In this document: one piece after another, positions 24,501 through 35,378 of the stretch | Layout of the letters: every line of letters begins with the position of its first letter | How positions within the stretch are numbered: position 1 is the first letter of the stretch | NCBI GenBank assembly: GCA_973851085.1 | Contig: OZ316776.1 | Coordinates: forward strand, 10,230,001 to 10,294,000 | Source of the DNA: Ptychomitrium polyphyllum | Taxonomy: Eukaryota | Direction of reading: 5' to 3' | Length of the DNA stretch: 64,000 bases | Position numbers and translations under genes: made by a program | The notes under the pieces: generated by a model | Told to the model about the DNA's origin: nothing | Seen by the model: the letters and a program-made list of their open reading frames with translations, nothing else | The model's database searches: none

Positions 24501-27500
24501 AAAAAACGGAGGGTCAACATCCAACTGCTAGTCACAAACAAATAGTTCAGTTTTAAGCCTGGACCGCTCCTCACGCAGAATCCAAGGCCCCAATTGTTTA
24601 CCTTGAACCCAACCTTGTTGTCCAAACAATCTTGCCAGTCCTGCTTCATGTCTTTGAGCATCACCCGATCGTGTGGCCTGCAATCCGCAAAAATGAACCG
24701 ATCAATTTTGGCAGTCATCACCCAGTCATATCTTACGACTGACCAAAGACTGGTCCAAAAAGGACTAACTAGAAGACAAGATGTACACAACACCGCAGAA
24801 CATGCCACCTATCTCATATCATCGCTCAAAAACTTTCAACAATAGCTAATCTCACGCACCTCTTTGGCCCAGAGATACATGGCTCCACAGTATCCAGATC
24901 CAACTCCAAGTAGGCTGAATACGTGTTGTCCTCCTGAGGCTGAAGTAATACAAAAGAAACAATCGTGTCATCAGACCTAACATCTGGCAAGGAGGGTCCC
25001 CCAGAAGCATAATTCACGACTTCACAAAGGGTTACAGAGCATAAAAACAGCTTCACCAACCAAAAGCAACGCTTGAAGTAGCAGTAAGCCATATCTGTCA
25101 TGATTCAAAGATTAGAAAACGACACTTTAAGGATGTTCAGCATCCACTAGATATTTCTTACCTGCTCATGGTCTACGAACAAATTGGTCGCCCGCAGATA
25201 AGCCTCGATCTCTTCAACCTGATCAGGTACATGAATTCAGTACATTCCGCTTCTACGAAAACATTATTAAAAAAGAACAGTCCATAAACCGTTCCAGGGC
25301 ATGCATAAAGCTGACTTGCATAACACTCCTCATAAGGCAACAACCTACATGATGTGGCCTTCGAGTAAGCCACTTCATGCAAAATGTTGTTCGGCCCAGC
25401 ATGGTCAGGCGTCTCACACCTCTCAATTTCAATCAACGAGGAAAAGCCATCACCTTCTTCTCATCCCGCCCTGTCATTCTCAAGTAATCCAGTGTCACGC
25501 GATCAACAGGGAAGAAACCCATGGTAGCACCGTACTCCGGGGACATATTTGCAATTGTTGCCCTGTCGGCCAGGGTCAGCTCCGACATACCCTTCCCTGG
25601 ACGTCACCACAGGAACTTCCGTTCAGCTATACAGAAGGACAATCTAATCCCAATGCCAGCACCAAAAGGAACAGACGGTTAAAATCTGCCAGAACACCTT
25701 ACCGTAGAACTCTACGAACTTCCCAACCACACCCATTTTCCTCAGAACTTGAGTCACTGTCAACACAAGATCTGTGGCTGTTACTCCGGTGCGCAGCTTG
25801 CCATCCAGCTTGAAACCCACCACGCCGGGCAAAACCATACTCATCGGCTGCATAACATATACCAGCAATCAGTCTTACTCAATCGTACCAAGTTATTTTT
25901 GTCGGCGCCAGTAAAACCTGACGAGCCATTATGCGATGCATAAGACTTTCAACGAGTAAGTGATTTACACCATGACCCACACGCTACTCTCAAACACGCA
26001 TCATCGTGAACGCTCCTCACCTGTCCAAGCATAGCTGCCTCGGCTTCAATTCCTCCTACTCCCCACCCGGCCACACCGAGTCCATCGATCATAGTTGTGT
26101 GTGAATCTGTTCCCACAAGGGTGTCTGGATACAGGATGCCATCGCTGTTGAACACAACTCGGGCCAAATACTCCAGGTTCACCTACAAAGCCCAAAGCAT
26201 TCGTCAACCACACCTCAAACACCTTGGGGCACCGTCCTGCATTGCCTCTCCGAGCTTTCCAAGCCATCACCAATCAGCATATAATTCCACTGCCACAAAC
26301 CTGATGTACAATGCCCGAGCCTGGTGGGACCACGAGCATATTCTTGAAGGCTTTCGCTCCCCACTTCAAAAAACCGAACCGTTCCTTGTTGCGACTGAAC
26401 TCCAACTTCATGTTTGACTGAAGTGCGTTCGCAGAACGGGCAACGTCTACCTGCACTGAATGGTCGATAACCAGATCCACGGGTACCTATTCACACCACC
26501 ACCAGTTCATGCAGGCTGCATATTTCACTATACGCCATTCGAAACGTTCGAGTATCGCATTTTCCTCTACAACCTCAACAGGTTTACAAACAACGTTTTC
26601 GGTTTGTCCAAAGAAACCCAAATTCAATTATCAAGACTTAGGGCAGACCACACACCAAAGGATTGATCTTGTCTGGATTTCCGCCCAATCGCGTAATGGC
26701 ATCACGCATAGCAGCCAGGTCTACCACCGCTGGCACTCCCGTGAAGTCCTGAAAAATAGACACATTCTTATCTTCAGTACATCTTCAAACCTAAAACTGC
26801 ATGGCTTCACTAACCTGACAGAGGAGAAAAACAAAAACAAGATACGCATGTGATAGTAAAATCGTTTGACCTGTAGGATAACGCGTGCAGGCTTGAAGGG
26901 GATTTCCACTTGCTTCGGGGCTGTCTTCTCCCAGTCCAAAATCTTCTCCACATCTTCTTTCGACACCTGGAAGTTGTCACAGTTGCGAATAGCAGACTCC
27001 AATAGATACCTGATAGAGTACGGCAGCTTGTCTGCACACACAGGTAGAGGAAAATACTAAGATTGATTTTACATAGCGAAATAGACAATCACTACTCCGA
27101 CTATCGATTCCTAAAGAGTTGCATACTACGTTCAAACTGTCACACAAAATTTTCTGTTCGAATCCAGTTCCCTAAACTGAACCAATTCCTAGATATAAAA
27201 CTGCGCAACAAAACTACGAAAAACTACCACCGTCACTTGTCTCCAATGCAACACAAAATCCGTCACCTGATACAAAACGCACCTACTCTAGGGTCGTTCA
27301 ATTTCACCAGACTGTAGTACTTTCCATAATTCCCTCCACCAGCCTTCGGCAGGTCGGTCACCAAGCTAGAAAAAGGATTCTCGGAAGTTGCTGCAGCAGA
27401 TAGCATTTAATCAGTTCTCAGGAACGTCAACACACGATCAACAAGCACAAAGTGGCAAACAGCAGAATTCGTTCTTATCGATTCGAATGAAGAACAACAT

Positions 27501-28019
27501 GAACCCTCCGCAGCATCAAAAATGTCGCAGCAGGTAGTACGAAACTCCAAATTGTAACTAAAAACATAAGAGAATCCACCCAATCTAACAGAAAGGAATC
27601 TAGGAGCGGATTCAACAACCAATCAAACCGGACGCCCTCAACGCGCCCTCTCCGAAGCTCGAAAAGAAAGGACCCTCTCCTAGACAAGAAATACCTTGCG
27701 TAGACGCCATCCTCGAGCCAGGCCTAGTTAGCCTAGCAGCGGCAATGGCAGGAGCAAGAGGTCCTCGATGCCTAGATCGCGTGGCGGAAACAGATTCCCC
27801 AGCGGCGCGGTCATCGGACGATGACGCAGCCGCCAAGGTGCGGAACAATTTCGAGCCGAGAGGAGAAATCCGGGGCTGAGAAGCTGGCGCCAGGGAGGGC
27901 ACCGCTCCTAGTCCGCGCCGCATCAAACCCCCGGCAGCGGCAGAAGAAGCGGCGCGCGAGCCATGGGAGACCCGAGGTGCGGCTCGCATCGACCGCGCGA
28001 CGTAGGTGAGGAGTTGCAT
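21571..28019 (-). CDS. ACO: Aconitate hydratase (aconitase, IRP1/AcnA-type), 19 exons, N-terminal organellar transit peptide
   Basis: Spliced translation contains [52 protein letters not shown], the Fe-S ligand motifs [11 protein letters not shown] and [45 protein letters not shown] and [14 protein letters not shown]. All introns are GT-AG. ATG at 28019, TAG at 21571-21573. Confidence 0.97.
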
Positions 28020-28315
28020 TGCGGCAAACGGCACCGCGATCGGAGCAGAGCTCGGCTCGACGACAGAAACACCGCAGTAAATCGCCCGAGCAACAAACCC
28101 CGGACAAAGTAGAAAACACTCTCTCCCTCTCCCTCTCCCTCCCCCGCCCTCCCGCCCTCCCACAGGCACTCCGTGTGTCGAAGAGACAGGCACAAGATGC
28201 GGCACCCCGCTGAGTGAGGGCAACTGGAGGCTTATGTGCGAGACTAGTGCTTGCAGTGTTGGCTCTGTTGTGCTCTGATCGTCGGGTGCTCTGTTGCGCT
28301 CTGTTGTGCACACCT

Positions 28316-28340
28316 TGGGCTGGGCTGGGCTGGGCTGGGT
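28316..28340. promoter_or_regulatory. (TGGGC)4 array of site II-like elements upstream of aconitase
   Basis: TGGGCTGGGCTGGGCTGGGCTGGGT about 300 bp upstream of the ATG, plus TGGGCC at ~28432. TGGGCY site II elements bind TCP factors and are enriched upstream of respiratory genes. Confidence 0.5.
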
Positions 28341-30545
28341 GGCGATGGGTTGCACTGGGCGCCTGCGTTCCGACGTCTCTGGCCAACTTAGCGCCGGAGG
28401 GAGGGACGGAGGGACGCAGTGACGGAATCGTTGGGCCCTTCGCGCGTGGCCTTTGCGTGGCGGTGGCGGCCTGATTCGCCCCTTCATCCCCTCCAAATGG
28501 CCATCGCTCCACCATTCCCCCCGACCCGACCCGGCCCGACCACCCGGCGCTAGCAAACATTGTGCCTACGAGATGCACGGGAGGCCTTCACCCAAATCCG
28601 TTCCACCCTAAGTCCGTCGACGCGCCGAAACTCGGCGTCCTGTACAGGAGGCGTACGGTTGAGAGGGTGAAATCTACATTGAGCATTGGCGATGGCGGTT
28701 TAGTATCTAGTGACGGATTTCGGTATTGGCCTCTTAGTCACGTGGCATATTGTTTTTCTCTCGCATTTCCGAGTTGCGGTTTTCTTCTTTCCTAAAAATG
28801 TAACTTACTATTGGACCATACTTCTGATACGTTGCCTTTGGACCATACTTTTCATTAACCTACGATTGGAGCATAAATCAGGCCACGCCTCTTTTGTATC
28901 ATGTCGTTTTTGAAATAAGGTAGGCATCTTGGATGTTTTTGAAGTGTATGAATGAAAACAATGTTGTATTGGAAATATGTTTGGTGCATTAAAAAGAAAG
29001 TTGTTTGTATTTTATAAGACTAGAATTATAAGTCTTTTATGCTTTTACCATGCTTTGGATTCTTTGACATGTGAACTTACGTATATTATTTACGGTGATC
29101 CTATTTGATACCTATATTTCTTATTTTATTTCATTTTTAGCTTGTATAGAAACATTTAATTTCTATGCATGCTTGTATTTTAGATGTGGTTTATGAATGG
29201 TTGTTGGCCTTGGTTCCTATGTTCATTAATAAATGCATAATATTAATATCCATAAATTCAAATAATAGCCTACTCTAACTTCTTTATAAAAGCTAGACAT
29301 TTTGGATTGTTGTTTATGTTTTCAAATTGTGGATTTTACGTTTCAAAATAGAAATATTTTTAAATGATAATTTAATGAAAAAATAATAAATTATAAATGA
29401 ATAATATAATAACATTACAATTAATTAATAACCACATTAAAATCACATCATAGAATTTGCAATTAATATTATTAATAATAAAACAATACAATGTTCAATA
29501 TAATTATTAGATAATAACTTCATTAAAATTTTGCTTATTATTATTCAATTGTGATTATATATATATATATAATTAACTTTTTTCAAATATTTACTAAAAA
29601 GTGATTTTTAAAAATTGATATAGAAACATGTATACAATGCACTAATTAGTATTTCAAAAAAAATTGTAATTACTATACAATAGAAATTCTAAAATAAAAA
29701 TATTTTTGATGTCTTTAAATTAATAATAAAGGAATCAAGAATAAATTACAATAAAACATTGTTGATTGCATAAAAATCTTATTATTTGAATATTACTTGA
29801 TTAAGAAATTTATACCATATAATAAATAAGAAACATACACAAAATACTTAATAGTCTATACTACTATGTTTTTATTGCGCACCTCTCCTTGAAGAATGCC
29901 TGCAACACTAAGAGCACAAGGGAGATCGTAAAGTGACATTCAAGACTTGTAGAGCCTACAATGAGATGACCCAAGTGGACCTAGTACAGAAAAAGACTTC
30001 AAAGGGAGGAACATCCTTGCCTATAAAGACTAAGAACCACAAGGAATAAATCACTAGGCAATGGATGCCTCACGTTGAGTAGAATTTTGAATGCTAAAGA
30101 TTGCTCAAATTGGACAAGGAAACTAAAAAATATGGAATCTCAAAATTAAGGCTGGCTAGGGGCTATTCTGAACTGTAGCTCTCATAAACTGAGACAGTGC
30201 AAGGACGAACTCCTCGGAAGTTTTAAACCTTGAGAAAGGCATATCTCTTTAAATACTAATTCAAATTGAATGTTTGAAGATTATATCGGCATCTACGCAA
30301 AGAGCAGATGGTGATAGAATGGTCGTTTGATAGATTTGGAGACCAAATGTAGAAGATATGGGACCTTAAAGGTCTGTGAGAAGTTCCAGAAGTTCCTAGC
30401 AGCTAAGTTCCAAGGGGAATCAGGTGGTCTTCCAAAGTTTTGGATGTGTCGCGGTTTGGCTAGCTCCAAAGGGCCAAGGATCCTGCCAAATCTGCTAGAA
30501 AGTACTATAGGGAGGATTTTTCATCCTCAGCACTCCCATAGTATC

Positions 30546-31189
30546 TATCACAGACATATATCATGCAACATAGTCCTGAGAACATTCTAAAACCTTCTAG
30601 TATACTATAATAACTTCTTAGAATAAATTTAAATGTCTCCATATTCTTTCCATGTTTTTAGGAAGCTTCCTAGGAAAGTTCCTCCATCTTAGCAAATTTC
30701 TTAGGAAGATTCTATCATCTTTGGTAACTTCTTAGAAAACTTCCTACAAAGATTCCATCACCTTAGGAAACTTCCTAGGAAGGTTCTACCTCTTTATGAA
30801 ACTTCCTAAGAAGGTTCTGCTATCTTAAGAAATTCCAAGGAAGGTCCCAACTCCTTGGAAGCTTCCAAAGAAGTTTCCAATTCCTTGGAAGCTTCTTAGG
30901 AAGGTTCCAACATCTTAGGAAACTTCTTGGGAAGGTTCCTTAGACTTCCGGAACATTCTTAAGCCTTATAGGAAGCTTCTTTAAAAGTATTTTAAGAGAT
31001 ACAAACATCATAGTATAAATAGGAGGCAAGACAACGTATTCCATAGTCTTGCCAACACAAGTTGTGGATCATCTTGAATCCTGCCTTGTTCTAGTCTTTG
31101 TATCAAGTTCTTGTTAATCATTAGCTCTTTGGAAGCTAATTCTTGGGTAAATACTTCGGTTTTGCTCCTTGTTTCTTGTGTCCCTAACA
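30546..31189 (+). mobile_element. Solo LTR copy 3 (644 bp)
   Basis: Homologous over its full length to copy 4. Ends TCCCTAACA; TATAAATAGGAGGC at 31014. Flanks GTATC/ATGTC are consistent with a decayed GTGTC TSD. Confidence 0.85.
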
Positions 31190-31199
31190 ATGTCCCAGT

Positions 31200-31803
31200 T
31201 GTCATGGACATAGATCATGCAACATAGTCCTTTGAACATTCAAGAACCTTCTAGTATACTATAATAGCTTCTTAGAAAACTTTTAGATGTCTCCATAGTC
31301 TTTTCCATGTTCTTAGGGAGCTTCCTATGAAAGTTCTTCCACCTGAGGAAACTTCCTATGAAAGTTATATCATCTTAGATAACTTCCTGGGAAACTTCCT
31401 ACAAAGATTCCATCACCTTGGGAAGCTTTCTAGGAAGGTTCCATCATCTTAGGAAGGTTCTACCTCTTTAGGAAACTTCCTATGAAGGTTCCATTACCTT
31501 AGGAAACTTCCAAGGAAGGTTCCAACATCTTAGGAAACTTCTTGGGAAGGTTCCCTAGACTTCCAGAACATTCTTAAGCCTTGTAGGAAGCTTCTTTAGA
31601 AGTATCCTAGGAGATATAAGCGTCATGGTATAAATAGGAGGCAAGACAACGTATTCCTTAGTCTTGCCAACACAAGTTGTGGATCATCTTGAATCCTGCC
31701 TTGTTTTAGCCTTTGTATCAACTTCTTGTTAATCATTAGCTCTTTGGAAGCTAATTCTTAGGAAACACTTTGTTTCTGCTTCTTGTTTCTTGTGTTCCTA
31801 ACA
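31200..31803 (+). mobile_element. Solo LTR copy 4 (604 bp), intact TG...CA termini, perfect TSD CCAGT
   Basis: TGTCATGGAC...TTCCTAACA flanked by CCAGT at 31195-31199 and 31804-31808. TATA block at 31629. Confidence 0.92.
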
Positions 31804-34707
31804 CCAGTAACAACTAGGGGGGAGTTTTGGTGGGTGGAAGTAGTATTGGAACTTCAGTACGGGCACTTCCTTATTATTGTGAGCTGGTAAATGGCCAATT
31901 TCACGAAGAGAACTAGTAAGTTTTCAAGATTGCACGACGTGTTACTATTTTGAGGTGGTGTTTTCACGCCAACACTATGGTGGCTAGAGATGACCATGGA
32001 ATCACATGGAGATCATGAGTGTTGGTGAAAAGACACCACTACGTGCGATTAGGTCATATAGAATGGGAGTAACACTAAGTGAGGCTTTAGACATAAATGG
32101 AAATTTGTACCTAATCATTGGCTACCAATCAATTGGGTGTCTTAAAAGAAATGAGTAAGAAAATTAGAGACCAAGCCTAGAGCTTGGAAAGTAACTATAG
32201 AGTCCAACCATGTGCATGCGGGATGTACATGGCTGGCGTATATGATGCTTATTAAGGTGCATTGTAAAAGTTGCAACAACTTTGGAAATGATTGAAAATG
32301 TTATAATTGAAATTCAATTTCATGTCAAAGTATGAAACTTTAATTTTCTTCCAGTCTATAAATATCAATTTTTATAGACAAATTCATTCTTGATCTTAAT
32401 GGCAATATATTAAAAAATTGATGGTGAAATTTGGTAAGAAGAAATGGTGAAGAGAGATAGCAAAATGAAACAAAAAAAATAAATTTAATTGACAATAGGC
32501 ATTTTAATTAAAAGCAATTTAGTATGAAATTTAATAAAAATATCAATTCACAATAACTCTCTAATATACTTCAATTATTTCTTTACAACTGAATTGGTCT
32601 ATTTCTTTGAAACTTTTTATATATTTAAAATTTCGTATGATTATTTCATTTTTAAATGTAAAGAACAATGCTTTTTAAGCTAATTTTAATATTTTTAAAG
32701 TTATCAATGAACAACATTATTATTAATAAATTGGTTGTTATGCTTGATTATTTTTCATTAATAATTTAAATTTTTTCATAAAGCTATCAGAATATTTGTT
32801 ACTGAACATTTGAATTAATAAAATTTATTAAGTATAATGGCTTAAATTTAGAATATAATTTATTAAAAATAATAATCAACTTCAATAAGATATTTTTGAA
32901 ATAGATGAAGCAATACTTTCAATGTTATGAGTAAGAGCATCATATTCATTGTAATTGGAAATTTCAAAGTTCCAAAATAATTTCAAAAATGAAATAAATT
33001 TAAAAGTGGTTAAATTATTAAAACAATTGTCATGTTTTTGAAATTAACTAGTAAATTTCTTATCAATATATGAGCCACTTTGAACAGTTTGAATAATATG
33101 AACAATTTGAACAATTTATGAGATATACAATTTAAGTTGATTCCAGTTATATATATACAGACTACTATAGTCTTAAAATAACTTTTTTAATTCTGTAATA
33201 ATGAATTCCATGTTTAAGTGTTCATATATGATTCAAATCATCATCAAAAAGATATATAAATAATTTGTGGTTTATTCAAAAAAATAATCAAAATCCATAA
33301 GAAGTTTGATTACCAAGTAATAAGCCATTTCCTTTTTTGCATTTGTAATTTTGGATTAATGCGAGAAAAAATAAAAATTTGAGTTTTTTCTTAATTCTAA
33401 GAAATGGCTTCTAATAAATCAGGATTTCTCTTGATTTATAATGCTCTAATGATAAAAGTATTATAATTGTGTTATTTTGATTCAAAATAAAGAACCATAG
33501 AAAATTATGAATAATAACCTAGCCCATAAAAGTCTTGCAATAAAATAATAATTTAAAAAAGAATTCTTGGTGAAAATAATTTTTACAGTTTTGTGATTAA
33601 TAAAGCCTACAAAAATGAGATTTGTAAACTAAATCAAATAAGCAACTTAATTGCTGAATGCCATTCCTCAAAAGAATTTTTACATATAAGAAATCATTCA
33701 AAGAAAATTACAATCATAAATATTATAATAATTATTAAATCAATGCAACAAGCATTTTTGTCAAAAATCCATAAAGTAAAAAATAGATAATACAATATAT
33801 TGGTCAAAAGCAATAAGATAATAGAATTTTATGCCTAACAGTCATACTGTTCTACCTTTGAACATTTCCATAGCTTCAGAAACACATTATTCTAACATTC
33901 GAATATTTGAAAGATTATATTCCTTGGAAACTAAACAAAGTCAATGTGAATAAAAATGGGCCCCCTTCAAGATACAAGACTGCTAAAAACAGAACTCACA
34001 AAAAGTAAACAAGCATTCATCAGAAGCGTGCGAAAACGGTAAAAGTAGTAAAGTGAACGGAAGATTGTAGTGAAAGTTAAGCTCTTTTCAAGAATCAACC
34101 TGACATGACTTGGGCCAACACAAGCAGGCATGCACATCAAAAGCTGCTACTGCACCCAAAACCAACATCACTCTCACATTTTGAAGACTCCAGATACGAA
34201 GTGTACGTCCTCAGTACAGAACGCCGGTTGTGGCACATCCCTCACAGAGCCGCGACACCCCGCATGTACTCCAAGCCATCACCGGGGTATCGCGGGGAAT
34301 TCGAGGGGCAGGACCCGGAAGGGCGGAAAGCCGGAACATGGAGTAATGTCCGAGCACGGTGGCCATGGCACCGCGGTGGTATCACAGGGTATGAGAGGGG
34401 CAGGACCTGCGTTGGAACGCCATGGTAGGGTGTAATGTCCGAGGAAAGGAAAAGGGTAGGAGGCAACGAAGAAGACCTGCAGCGAAAGAGAGAGGGAGAG
34501 AGGAACGTCGAGAAGGCACTCATGTTGTGTCCTTTATTTTTTTTTCGCTTTGGGACTTCTGCCGCGAAATCGCTGTCTTTCTCTTTTTTGATGTGTGCGA
34601 GTGCGATTGTGCGTGTGTGCGTGCGCCACTTTCTCTCCATCGGTCGTTGCTGCTCTCGCGCGCTCCCCTGCACGCCAGCACTCTCTTCACGCCGTCTCTT
34701 GTCCCAA

Positions 34708-34739
<32 letters not shown>

Positions 34740-34740
34740 C
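34708..34740. repeat. (CT)n microsatellite / GAGA-type element near the VPS13 transcription start
   Basis: CT dinucleotide run in a pyrimidine-rich, CpG-rich island ~650 bp upstream of the ATG. A telo-box TAGGGTTT lies at 34844-34851. Confidence 0.85.
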
Positions 34741-35378
34741 ATCGCAGTCCTGTTGTCTCATGCATCTCTCCGGCGCGCCTCGTTTCTTTCTCCCACTCAG
34801 TCGTCTCTCCTAACCGTGCCACTTTGGCAATTTTCTGCTCTCCTAGGGTTTGCGTCTCTGAATGCAGGACGATCGGTGCTGGCTTCTGTTGTGAGGTTCG
34901 TTTGTGACGGCTGGGGGCGGCAATGCAAGCGCAGGAGGTGACGAGGCGGTGGCGATGGTGAGGTGGCGGTGGTAGGTGCGGTGACGTTGGTGTGGCGAGC
35001 GGGGCGCAACAGGGGAGGGTAGTGTTATGGTTGGTTTGGGGATTTAGCAAGCAGAACTGGTGGGAGGAGGGCTGAATTGGAAAGTTTGCCTCTGCATGGA
35101 ACCGAAGCTGGCCAGAGGAAATCCTGGTGAATCCGGGAGGGCGGATTTTTGTGGAGGTGTGAGTGAGCAAGGGAAGAGCAAGGGGGAGGAGGAGGAGGAC
35201 GAAGGAGAGAAGGAAAAGGGCGGAGTTAGACAAAGCAGACGTTTTCTTATTGTTTTGTGGTGATCGTTGGTAAGAATTGAGACGGTTTGGTAGAGAAGAA
35301 GATTTGGATGATCGTTGCGCAGGGAACGTAAAGTAGGGAGCAGATGCAATACAGGAAGGGCCAGATAGATTGTTTGCA

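Larger units (their letters stand above)
29879..32260. mobile_element. Older degenerate element (~1.1 kb net) hosting two nested solo LTRs
   Basis: Abrupt rise in GC between AT-rich flanks. Short inverted ends GCACCT...AGGTGC with near-duplicated flanks ATTGC/ATTGT. No recognisable ORF. Confidence 0.4.

Noticed and set aside
27612..28578. Long ORFs (314 aa and 255 aa) upstream of aconitase as separate genes or a longer N-terminus
   Set aside because: They begin at non-ATG codons in GC-rich promoter/leader sequence. Only 28019-27695 behaves as a coding exon.
30655..30945. Regularly spaced ~30-bp palindromic repeats resembling a CRISPR array
   Set aside because: The units are contiguous degenerate tandem repeats without unique spacers, inside TG...CA LTRs in a eukaryotic genome, and there are no cas genes.
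34105..35233. Multiple overlapping 100-170 aa ORFs
   Set aside because: Low-complexity translations of a CpG-rich, CT-repeat promoter island, with no recognisable domain or splice support.
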